DNA of 23,293 nt, from contig JABIGM010000061.1 in NCBI GenBank assembly GCA_018650165.1, forward strand, positions 1 to 23,293. Reading direction: 5' to 3'. Below are positions 7,612 to 16,566 of this stretch, one piece after another. Within the stretch, counting starts at the first letter, position 1. Each line of letters opens with the position of its first letter. The position numbers and the translations under genes are program-made. The notes beneath the pieces were generated by a model that saw only the letters and a program-made list of their open reading frames with translations, was not told the DNA's origin and did not search any database. This DNA comes from Methanobacteriota archaeon (GTDB lineage Archaea; Thermoplasmatota; Poseidoniia; Poseidoniales; Poseidoniaceae).

Positions 7612-10600
7612 TCATAGGTCCAAGTCATCTAGAAGATCGGCTAGGGCCTGCGACGCAGGGGTCGGTGCTGGTTCTTGAACCATGGGCTGGTCAAGTACTG
7701 CCGGAGCAGGTTCTGAATAGGTCTGTACTGGTTCCGGTTGTGAATAAACGGGTACCGGTTCTGAATAGGTTTGGGTTGGCACCGGTTCTGAATAGGCTTG
7801 GACCGGTTCTAGTTCAGAATAGACCGGTGCTGATGCGTGATCTGCTAGATATTGCTCACCATAGTATGCCCATTGCTCCATAGTCCAACCTTGTGGAAGG
7901 CCAGATGCCGGCAATGGTGGCCCTGAACTAGCAGTCTCCATTGGTGGCGGGGATGTTGAAGGAGAATCATTCCATACTTGGTCGGGAATATTCTTTGTAA
8001 TCATTGGTTCTGAATCTGAGGAACGTCCACGCATGACAAGAACGCCCAATAGTACGGCAATGAATATTGCAAGAGCGGACACTATTGCCGTAGTCCCTGA
8101 AACTCCTAGCAAGCCTTCAGAAGGCTTTTCCACTACTTCAACAAGTATTGAAGCAGTCGCAGATTTCCCATCATCATCAGTAACTGTTAGATTTACAAAG
8201 AATTTACCTGGTTGGTCAAATTTGATAGTATAATTTTCACCATATCCATCTTGCGCTGCCCCCTCGGTATTGGGGTCATTCCAGATAAATATCAGATTGA
8301 TTCTATCGGTTGGAGTATCCAATGAATCACTTCCAGTAAATGTAATCGTATCGCCTTCAGTGATTGAAAAACCATCGTCAGGAACAAAGATCACAGCAGT
8401 AGGTGGGCGATTAACGATAGTTACGTCAATCGAGAAGGTGTCTGTCGCATTATCGTCATCCCAGACATTTGCAGTAATAGTGCGCAGCCCACTAGTCGCC
8501 CAAGAGTATTCTAAATCTTGACCTTCGACATCACAATCATTTGTTAGAATGCCATCTTCATCGGAATCAACTGAAACTATCAAATCCCAACAGAAAATCA
8601 AGTCTTCAGCATCAGCAACATCGGTTGCTATTGCACTTAGATTTAGGACTTCATCTTCAAAAAGAGCCTGTGATGCCGGTAATGTCCCTAATACTGGAGC
8701 AATATTATTCACACTAACATATCCCAGAATAGTATCGCTTGTAGCACCATCATCGTCAGTAGCAAAGGCTCGGATAGTATGTAGCCCCGAGTCAGACCAT
8801 GCGGCAGTAATTGCCGAATTTGGGCCTGATGTAGTGACGGTCCAATTTTGGTCAAAGTCATCTGGGTACCACGTAATCAGTAAGCCTTCTTTGTCAGACA
8901 GAGTATCATCGCCATCAATTGCCAGAGAAACAACAACATCTTCATCAACACTCCAAATGCCATCTTGCGGTATGAATGGAATTCCATTTATTGACAATAG
9001 CATCTCTCCAACTGTTGGTGCTACATTGAGTACCTCGTAGGTGAAGAAATCAGAAGTAGATGAATTGTCATCATCAGTGACAACTACCTCAATTTGGTGT
9101 TCACCTTCTACTTCAGGTGAAAGAGTACAATATGGTCCATATAGTCCTTCAGAACATGCGCTATTCGGCCATGTAATTGTAACATGTTGTCCTTCAGGAG
9201 AGATTGTATCAGTGTCACCACTATCGGTTGCATTGAAAGTAATCGAAGACCCTGCAGCAACTGTTGCCAAAGGCGACGTTAAGTTGACATACGGGTCTCG
9301 ATTTAGAATCACAGCTTGTAGAATCAATTCGATTTCATCGAGTTCATCATCGACCACAATTACCTTGACATCCCATTCCCCATCATCAGTCCATGACCAG
9401 TTAGTTTGGCAATTCGGGGCATCGACGTATTCGGTTCTAAATCCATCTTGGATTTCAAAGAAACACTCAACAGGCCCACTATCCAAGTCATATGAAGAAG
9501 AAGCATCAATTGTTACATTAACAAATGTGAACACATTGTCGCCTAGTGTCATATTTACCACAGGCATCCTACCAATGAAAATATCCAGCGAGGCATTATT
9601 GTTTGAGCGATTCGCATCTGCAGTAACCATATTATCAGGGTCTACCATAAATGAGAGGGTTTGAATTCCAATCGCCGCATCAAGTGGAACAGTCCAGTTA
9701 ACATCGACTCTTGCTTCTGAATAAGGTGCGAGTGCAGGAAGGGTTCCTCTGACAGTTGAACCATCTGGGGTAGTTATTTCCATTTCAGTGGATGGCGAAA
9801 CCAAAACTCCACGGTTTTGAGCAGGAACGGAGAAATGAATTGTATCTCCTGGTAATGCATTATATCCACTTGCTTGGGATAAGATCACCGAATCATTCCC
9901 CCTTGCTCTTGTTACAATCATTGAATCTGGCTTAGCAACCAAATCAACACCTACAACAGACAAATCCATCACAATTGTAGCGGCTCCAACAATTTTGTTT
10001 ACCGGATCCCAAATGATTACTCCATTACTGGTCCAATCATCAGATGCAGCAGATGCATCTTGTAGAAAACCAACATCCAAATATGGAGTAACTTCTCCAT
10101 TTGAATCGGTAGTTAAACTCATAATTACATTATCACTTTCATATCGTAATTGTAGATTCTTCCCTACTTCGTTGGCTGAATTGACAGTAAAGTGGCCAAC
10201 GACTTCTTCAGTTGCATTCGGCAAGATTGCAACAAATTCAGGTTCAACTGTTATGACTGCATTTCTAATTCCAGGCGATGATTGTGGAACTCCTCCAGAA
10301 GAATCTACTGGAGAATATGTTTTCAATAACCAATCGATTTGGAAACCGGCAGGATTGATAATTCGATACCATGCATATGACCTTACAGAATCACAATACC
10401 ATTCAAAGCCGTTAGCAGAGCCAGTATTGTTCCAAGCATTCACTTTGTGTGAATCAGAACAGCCACTGTACGAGGGAGGGGTAACACCAGTTTCTGCAGG
10501 AGTGCCATCAGATGTGACTTGGTAAGTGGTATTATCTTCAACATATGGTGTATCAAATGTAGTTGGGTCGAAGTAGTCCGAAGTTCCAGTAACATTGGTT

Positions 10601-11196
10601 CCAGACTGGTAATTACTGGTCCATTGGTCACCTGTGCGTAGTGGGAAATCAAACTTTTCTCGAGGAGGCTCATACACAGTTGCAAATGTGATATCTGCTA
10701 ATTCCTGTGCAATCCAGCCTAAATTGAATGGAGCAAACTCAACGAGTAGGGTAAATTCGCTATCCCATACCGCAAGGTCACTAGCACGCAGAAGGTCTGT
10801 CCCCTCATATACAATGTCGAGCCGACCAGAAGTTCCTTCCAGTGTTGCACCATTATTTCCAGAAGTGAAAGTACCATCAATACTCAATTCGTAAACCAAG
10901 GTTTGAATACCTTGGATCGTTACAAATTTAATATCTGTGACTTCCATAGAAGTGTCGCCAGTTAGTGTATTAATCGAAGCAGAAACATTGGCAGCTTGTA
11001 TTAATCCCGCAACATCGAATTTGGTTTCATATACCCAGGTATCTCCGATTCTCCATGTTGGGACATCATGAACATCAACTCCCGATTCCCCGGCTAAATT
11101 AGTTTGATTTTCTTCAAATTCATCGAGCATAGATAGTGGCCCATACGCAGTCATTAATATCAGGATAAAGATGGGGACAACTGTTCGCATTGACAT
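7612..11196 (-). CDS. Membrane-anchored surface protein: N-terminal WxxGDxWxY/FPLxxGxxW beta domain, CARDB-like Ig domain, several PKD-like domains, TM helix, Pro-rich cytoplasmic tail (paralog A)
   Basis: Signal/anchor MRTVVPIFILILM. VPAQNRG...TLSFMVDPDNMVTADANRSNN (CARDB-like). Repeated IDASSSYD/FNATDSGD/FTGSDSLD...W...G...VxVxVxDDD...NxxP (PKD-like). TM helix AIVSALAIFIAVLLGVLVM. Confidence 0.82.
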   Translation of the reverse strand: MSMRTVVPIFILILMTAYGPLSMLDEFEENQTNLAGESGVDVHDVPTWRIGDTWVYETKFDVAGLIQAANVSASINTLTGDTSMEVTDIKFVTIQGIQTLVYELSIDGTFTSGNNGATLEGTSGRLDIVYEGTDLLRASDLAVWDSEFTLLVEFAPFNLGWIAQELADITFATVYEPPREKFDFPLRTGDQWTSNYQSGTNVTGTSDYFDPTTFDTPYVEDNTTYQVTSDGTPAETGVTPPSYSGCSDSHKVNAWNNTGSANGFEWYCDSVRSYAWYRIINPAGFQIDWLLKTYSPVDSSGGVPQSSPGIRNAVITVEPEFVAILPNATEEVVGHFTVNSANEVGKNLQLRYESDNVIMSLTTDSNGEVTPYLDVGFLQDASAASDDWTSNGVIIWDPVNKIVGAATIVMDLSVVGVDLVAKPDSMIVTRARGNDSVILSQASGYNALPGDTIHFSVPAQNRGVLVSPSTEMEITTPDGSTVRGTLPALAPYSEARVDVNWTVPLDAAIGIQTLSFMVDPDNMVTADANRSNNNASLDIFIGRMPVVNMTLGDNVFTFVNVTIDASSSYDLDSGPVECFFEIQDGFRTEYVDAPNCQTNWSWTDDGEWDVKVIVVDDELDEIELILQAVILNRDPYVNLTSPLATVAAGSSITFNATDSGDTDTISPEGQHVTITWPNSACSEGLYGPYCTLSPEVEGEHQIEVVVTDDDNSSTSDFFTYEVLNVAPTVGEMLLSINGIPFIPQDGIWSVDEDVVVSLAIDGDDTLSDKEGLLITWYPDDFDQNWTVTTSGPNSAITAAWSDSGLHTIRAFATDDDGATSDTILGYVSVNNIAPVLGTLPASQALFEDEVLNLSAIATDVADAEDLIFCWDLIVSVDSDEDGILTNDCDVEGQDLEYSWATSGLRTITANVWDDDNATDTFSIDVTIVNRPPTAVIFVPDDGFSITEGDTITFTGSDSLDTPTDRINLIFIWNDPNTEGAAQDGYGENYTIKFDQPGKFFVNLTVTDDDGKSATASILVEVVEKPSEGLLGVSGTTAIVSALAIFIAVLLGVLVMRGRSSDSEPMITKNIPDQVWNDSPSTSPPPMETASSGPPLPASGLPQGWTMEQWAYYGEQYLADHASAPVYSELEPVQAYSEPVPTQTYSEPVPVYSQPEPVQTYSEPAPAVLDQPMVQEPAPTPASQALADLLDDLDL
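7700..7830 (-). repeat. Intragenic imperfect YSEP-type low-complexity repeats in the cytoplasmic tail of paralog A
   Basis: ggttctgaatagg occurs at 7709, 7757 and 7784; the region encodes YSELEPVQAYSEPVPTQTYSEPVPVYSQPEPVQTYSEP. Confidence 0.8.
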
Positions 11197-11210
11197 ACGG
11201 AGTATGCCCT

Positions 11211-14200
11211 TTACTTTTCATTCTGTCCGTTCTCAGATTCTTGTATTTCTATGAACTGGTGGCCATAATGTTGCCACTGTTCGATTGTCCATCCCTCGGG
11301 CAGCCCATCTTCAGGAAGGGGCAATGCATCAGGTTCACCCGCATCCGTTGGTGTTTCAATCGACTCTTGACTGAATACATCCATTGAAGGCGCTTCAAGT
11401 GGAACTTCGATAGTTGGTACATCGTCATCATCCCACACCGATTTACGCTTTTTCTGACCTTTCTTTAAGAATATTACAAGTCCAAAAATAATTAATGAAA
11501 TCATTACTAACTGGAGGAACGGGTTCGCTTCTTCACCAGTCAAAGATTCCATTACTTCCTCAAAGACAGTTCTATCTGGCGAATCAACTTCAATCACTGC
11601 GGTTTTACTGCTTGGTTTCATAATTTCTTCATCCCAAGCAATAGCCTTAATCGTGAATTTACCAGCCCTAGGAAATGAGTATTTTACGATTGAACCAACT
11701 AAATCAGCGTCATTGTCCTTGATTCCATCTCCATCGCTATCAATCGAGCAGTCCACGTCCCAAACCACTGTCAAGTACTCTCTGTCAATCTCTGAGTCAA
11801 GAGTTGGTGATGCATCAAATTGGACCGTCTCACCAGCGATCGCACTATTTGGTACGACCATTCGAATCATTGGTGGGAGATTGAGAACAGTAACCGCAGC
11901 AGTAGATGAATTTCTTGCCCCATCATCATCAGTCGCATGAAATACAATATTATGGACACCTGCGTTTTGCCAAGACCAAGTTAAATCTGCGCCTTCAATA
12001 TCACAGTCATCATCTGCTGAGCCAATGCCATCGGTATCTGCCCCGGGGTCTATATCCCAGCAAATAATCAAATCTGTCATGTCAGATGGTGTGTCCCATG
12101 CTACGCCTGACAGGCTGACAGCCTGTCCTTCTGCAACTGCCATTATCTCCGGCAGATCTTCAATTTGTGGCTCGATATTTCTAACATCTACCCAGCGTTC
12201 AACCCAGCCACTATCTACATCTTCCGAATCGATAGCTCTAACCAAAACGGTTTGCATTCCAGATTCACTCCAGAGCATAGGGACTCTGGATTCTCTTCCC
12301 TCTGTATCGGCCCCAAATGACCATTCATATCGCAAATCTTCGAGATCATCTAATGAGTCTTCAGCGCGAGCGGATAGTTCGACTTCTTGGTCTTCACCGA
12401 CCAACCATGTCATCTGTCCAGTGGCATCAATCAATACATTATTTTCATCCCACATTGTAACTGCAACATCATGAGGTGCAATATTTGTAAATTCAATATC
12501 GATGGTTGCATAGGTTTGATTTCCATCATCATCGGTTCCAATTGCAGTGAATGTGTGTAGACCTTCTTCCCATGCTGTTGTGGTACAAACTCGTGAGTAG
12601 TACCCTTCTTTACATTGAGCATTAGGCCAGTGCACATCGACAATTCCGGGCCATGGGTCTTCTGAATCGGAATCATTTGCAAATACGTACAAGGTAACGG
12701 GATGTTCAACTTTAACCTGTGAGCGTTGAGAGATAATCTCTACATTGGGAGCACGATTATGAATTACGACTTCGAGAATATTTTCAGAATAATCTCCTTC
12801 TTCGTCATATACCGTGACTAGAATTGAATATATCCCGTCATCAAGCCAAGTCCAATTTATTGAGCAACTATTACGCATTACTTTTTGATGAGCCATTGAG
12901 TAAGTACCATCATAATATTCGATATCAAACATACACCAAACAGAGCCTCCATCTTCATCGAAACTAGTGGAAGCATTTAACAGGATTTTTTCATTAGTCC
13001 ATGCACTCTGATTTTCCCCTGAATATGTTGGAATACTTCCAATAAACAGGGAGAGAGTACCAATGTCATTTGCGGAATCTGCATCATTAGGATTAGCCAT
13101 TTGGCGGTCGACTTCCCACTGTATGGTCTGATTATCAATACTCGAATTGATATCAACATGCCATTCAATTTCAAAAATGAATTGTTCAAACATTTCTAGA
13201 GAAGGTAATATTTCACTCACTTCATAGCCATCGGGATATGTGATATGAGTCGTAGTTGGATTACTAGCCGTAATACCACGGTTGTAAACTGGTAATTGGA
13301 TTGTTAAGTTATCACCGGGTAGTATATTGTACCCCGAAATAGAATTCATAGTAACTAATTCACCACTACGATTACGCAAGATGTTTGCACGTTCAAATCC
13401 AGCAACCAGATCCAGCCCCACGATATCTTCATCCAAAGTTACAGTTGATACACCGAACATTCCCCCACTCGCAGCTACGATTCCATGGCTTGCCCAATCA
13501 ATCGTAGTGGCCGAAGTATCGGTCGCATTACCAACTGAAATAATCGCCCAAACGCTCCCATTTGATGCAGTAGTAAGAGTTGTTGAGAAGCCCTCAGATT
13601 CATGTCTGATTTCAACACTGAGGCCGGATTGTGGATTTCCCGAAGCATCACTAACATTGGCCCAAACTTCGATAGGTGTATTCAATGCGGTAATTTGAGT
13701 TGATAATTCAACATCGATTTTCATATTTCGATATCCTGGATTAGAATTGGCAATAACGCCACTGGATCCTACTGGAAGATATTGCTTAAGTCTAAAATCA
13801 ATTACTAATCCAATATCTTCCTCGGTATGTGACCATGCAAAATTACGAACCTCTGGACAAAACCATTCGTATGATGTTTCAGTTCCATTATCATCATAGG
13901 AAGTTAGTTCATATGATGCATTACAGCCACCATATCCAATTTGCTCTCCTAAATCGTTTACAGGTTTACCAGTATCAGTGATTTCCCAATTTGTGTGATT
14001 GGCTCCACTGGTTGGTTGTGGAAACGGCGTAATATATTCGGAAGAACCCGACCATGCAGTAGATGATACATAGGATGTATTCCATGTTTCTCCAACACGC
14101 ATTGGAAAATCATAATTTTCATTGATGGGGTCGTATGATGTGCTAATTGTAATATCTGCAATATCCTGTGTAAATGCAGAACCAAATGATGGAACGAAAA

Positions 14201-14627
14201 CAACATCTAGGGAGAGGTCTGAGGATAATTTAGCAAGGTCTGATACACGCCTGACTTCATTAACTTGATATTTGATCAATACAGTTCCATCATAACCTGC
14301 AAGCATTACTCCTGCTTTATCGAAATCAGCGTTAGCTGATGTTTCATAAACCAAAGTTGGAATTCCATTTATATTAATTTCAGAAATTGCATCGACAGTT
14401 GTTGTAGAGTCTCCCCCGATTTTGCCAACTGAGGCATCAACCCCAGCGCCTTGAATCAAACCAGTAGGGTCGAATGCGCCTGCGTATATCCACTTGTCTC
14501 CAACCCTCCAAGTTACGACATCACTCACACCTGGGTCTTCACTTCCAACACCTCCAGCACTTACTTGTGGAGGCACCACAAGTGTCGATAGAAAGAGGAG
14601 GAGTACCATCCCCACTTCTCGGCGCAT
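11211..14627 (-). CDS. Membrane-anchored surface protein with the same architecture as 7612-11196 (paralog B)
   Basis: Colinear motifs WRVGDKWIY, YDFPMRVGETW, GC...WFC, LPVYNRG, LNASTSFD, NxAP repeats and DSDGDGIKDND, then TM helix FLQLVMISLIIFGLVIFL followed by KKGQKKRK. Confidence 0.82.
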   Translation of the reverse strand: MRREVGMVLLLFLSTLVVPPQVSAGGVGSEDPGVSDVVTWRVGDKWIYAGAFDPTGLIQGAGVDASVGKIGGDSTTTVDAISEININGIPTLVYETSANADFDKAGVMLAGYDGTVLIKYQVNEVRRVSDLAKLSSDLSLDVVFVPSFGSAFTQDIADITISTSYDPINENYDFPMRVGETWNTSYVSSTAWSGSSEYITPFPQPTSGANHTNWEITDTGKPVNDLGEQIGYGGCNASYELTSYDDNGTETSYEWFCPEVRNFAWSHTEEDIGLVIDFRLKQYLPVGSSGVIANSNPGYRNMKIDVELSTQITALNTPIEVWANVSDASGNPQSGLSVEIRHESEGFSTTLTTASNGSVWAIISVGNATDTSATTIDWASHGIVAASGGMFGVSTVTLDEDIVGLDLVAGFERANILRNRSGELVTMNSISGYNILPGDNLTIQLPVYNRGITASNPTTTHITYPDGYEVSEILPSLEMFEQFIFEIEWHVDINSSIDNQTIQWEVDRQMANPNDADSANDIGTLSLFIGSIPTYSGENQSAWTNEKILLNASTSFDEDGGSVWCMFDIEYYDGTYSMAHQKVMRNSCSINWTWLDDGIYSILVTVYDEEGDYSENILEVVIHNRAPNVEIISQRSQVKVEHPVTLYVFANDSDSEDPWPGIVDVHWPNAQCKEGYYSRVCTTTAWEEGLHTFTAIGTDDDGNQTYATIDIEFTNIAPHDVAVTMWDENNVLIDATGQMTWLVGEDQEVELSARAEDSLDDLEDLRYEWSFGADTEGRESRVPMLWSESGMQTVLVRAIDSEDVDSGWVERWVDVRNIEPQIEDLPEIMAVAEGQAVSLSGVAWDTPSDMTDLIICWDIDPGADTDGIGSADDDCDIEGADLTWSWQNAGVHNIVFHATDDDGARNSSTAAVTVLNLPPMIRMVVPNSAIAGETVQFDASPTLDSEIDREYLTVVWDVDCSIDSDGDGIKDNDADLVGSIVKYSFPRAGKFTIKAIAWDEEIMKPSSKTAVIEVDSPDRTVFEEVMESLTGEEANPFLQLVMISLIIFGLVIFLKKGQKKRKSVWDDDDVPTIEVPLEAPSMDVFSQESIETPTDAGEPDALPLPEDGLPEGWTIEQWQHYGHQFIEIQESENGQNEK

Positions 14628-14778
14628 GAATTGATTATGCTAATGGCGGATAGATATAGATGAGGGCGGCACGGATTTTAGTAATTTTACATAAATAGAG
14701 TAGAAAACAAGCGATATCACCCGATTTCCCAATCATGTTGGGCAATAGACTCATGTTCATAGTCAGACTGGCCGTAAC

Positions 14779-15651
14779 ATGCGCTGGTACGCCTTCAATG
14801 GTGATGCTGATGGCATTTGTTCCATGGTTCAATGGGGTTTAGTGCATGGCATTGATGGGCAAACAGTGACTGGTGTCAAGCGAGATATCGAACTTCTTGA
14901 GAAAATAAACCCCGGGCCGGGAGATGAAATAATCGTAATGGATATCTCGCTGGCACGGAATCACCAAAGAGCTAGTCAAATGGTCCGAGATGGCATCAAA
15001 ATTACTTGGTTTGACCATCATTTACCCGGCGAGAAAATCGAAGGCGTTGAAACCAATATTAACACTGCAGCCGAAGTTTGTACTGCGCGTATTATCGAGT
15101 CTTATTTAGGGGTAGAATCCGATTGGGCCCAAGTCGCTCTCCACGGGGATGGTTTGTCTTCTTACTCGGCCAAACCTGAGTTCAAAGAATTGGGAGAACT
15201 TCTCAATTACAATGGATATGGGGCGGACCTTTCTGATTTACACTTTCATCCAAATGAATTATTGAATTTATGTCTTAAATCTGAAACCCCTAGTAATTTT
15301 ATGCTAACATCCACATTTCAAACATTGCAACAAGGTTTTGCTAACGATATGTCTCATGTGAATTCGATAGTTGAGGTTGAAGGAATATATTTGCTTCCCG
15401 ATGAAGCCTGGGCTCGTAGGGTAGTGGGGGTAATGGCTCATAGAATCAACTCAGAAGGCCCCGGTCCTCATGTAATTGCAATCGACAAAGGTGAAACTTT
15501 GCAAGTTTCATTGCGTGGACAGAGTGGCATAGGCGAGTTGTGTTCTCTGTTTGGAGGAGGCGGCCGCGCGACCGCAGGAGGCATTGATGCTCTCCCAAAG
15601 GGAGAGATACCAGCCTTGATGAATGAAGTCAATGTCCGAAGGTTTGCTTGA
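14779..15651 (+). CDS. DHH/DHHA1-family phosphoesterase, probable pAp (3'-phosphoadenosine 5'-phosphate) phosphatase
   Basis: FNGDADG (motif I), MDIS (motif II), WFDHH (motif III) and C-terminal GGGRATAGGI (DHHA1). The pAp substrate is inferred from its position directly before cysD-cysNC. Confidence 0.82.
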   Translation: MRWYAFNGDADGICSMVQWGLVHGIDGQTVTGVKRDIELLEKINPGPGDEIIVMDISLARNHQRASQMVRDGIKITWFDHHLPGEKIEGVETNINTAAEVCTARIIESYLGVESDWAQVALHGDGLSSYSAKPEFKELGELLNYNGYGADLSDLHFHPNELLNLCLKSETPSNFMLTSTFQTLQQGFANDMSHVNSIVEVEGIYLLPDEAWARRVVGVMAHRINSEGPGPHVIAIDKGETLQVSLRGQSGIGELCSLFGGGGRATAGGIDALPKGEIPALMNEVNVRRFA

Positions 15652-15660
15652 GGTGCTGTG

Positions 15661-16566
15661 ATGGAGGATAGAATGACTCATCTTCAGAGATTGGAAGCCG
15701 AGGCTATCCATATCATGAGAGAAGTTGTTGCAGAAGCGGAAAACCCCGTAATGCTCTATTCGATTGGTAAGGACTCATCGGTAATGTTACATCTTGCAAT
15801 GAAAGCTTTCCATCCCGCTAAGCCGCCATTCCCAATCATGCACATAGACACGATGTGGAAATTTTCAGAGATGATTGCGTTTAGGGAAAAGATAGCCGAA
15901 GAATTTGGTCTTGATTTAATTGTACACATCAACCCTGAAGGCAAAGAGATGGGAATGAACCCATTTATTCATGGTTCTTCAACTCATACAGATATGATGA
16001 AAACTCAAGGGCTAAAACAAGCATTGGATGCTCATGGGTTCGATGTTGCATTTGGTGGAGCGCGTAGAGATGAAGAAAAATCACGTGCAAAAGAGAGAAT
16101 CTTTTCTTTTAGAAACGAAAGTCACCACTGGGATCCCAAGCGTCAACGGCCTGAACTTTGGAATCTCTATAATTCAAAGAAAAACCAAGGCGAATCGATA
16201 CGTGTTTTCCCGCTATCAAATTGGACTGAATTAGATATTTGGCAATATATCCATCTCGAAAAGATTCCAATTGTACCACTTTATCTTGCCAAACCTCGGC
16301 CAGTTGTCGAGCGCGATGGCGTTCTGATTCTAGTGGATGATGATAGAATTCCAATGGCAGAAGGCGAAGAACCAATGATGAAAACAGTCAGGTTCCGTAC
16401 TCTTGGATGCTATCCATTAACCGGGGCAGTTGAGTCTGAGGCCGACACATTACCGGAAATCATTCAGGAAATGCTACTGACTACAACATCAGAACGTGAA
16501 GGCAGAGTTATCGATTTCGATAGCACAGCATCAATGGAAAAGAAGAAGCAAGAGGGGTATTTCTGA
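15661..16566 (+). CDS. cysD: Sulfate adenylyltransferase subunit 2 (CysD/NodP type)
   Basis: [67 protein letters not shown] and [11 protein letters not shown]. Start is ATG 15661 (GAGGTG upstream) or 15673 (GGAGG upstream). Confidence 0.97.
   Translation: MEDRMTHLQRLEAEAIHIMREVVAEAENPVMLYSIGKDSSVMLHLAMKAFHPAKPPFPIMHIDTMWKFSEMIAFREKIAEEFGLDLIVHINPEGKEMGMNPFIHGSSTHTDMMKTQGLKQALDAHGFDVAFGGARRDEEKSRAKERIFSFRNESHHWDPKRQRPELWNLYNSKKNQGESIRVFPLSNWTELDIWQYIHLEKIPIVPLYLAKPRPVVERDGVLILVDDDRIPMAEGEEPMMKTVRFRTLGCYPLTGAVESEADTLPEIIQEMLLTTTSEREGRVIDFDSTASMEKKKQEGYF

Noticed and set aside
7709-7796. Three copies of ggttctgaatagg resembling a mini CRISPR array
   Set aside because: The repeat is only 13 nt, spacers are unequal (35 and 14 nt), it lies in frame within a CDS encoding YSEP repeats, and no cas genes are present.
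11194-11206. Hairpin catac-gga-gtatg between the PKD paralogs
   Set aside because: A 5-bp stem with a 3-nt loop is too weak to call a terminator or regulatory element.
8033-13698. Many plus-strand ORFs opposite the PKD genes
   Set aside because: They are fully antisense to well-supported genes, Ser-rich and without motifs, as expected from codon bias.
14628-14778. Possible tRNA or ncRNA in the largest intergenic region
   Set aside because: No cloverleaf, T-loop (GTTCRA) or long stem is seen; the region is better explained as a divergent promoter.
15661-16566. PAPS reductase (CysH)
   Set aside because: It shares the fold, but [17 protein letters not shown] and the KKKQEGYF terminus are CysD signatures.
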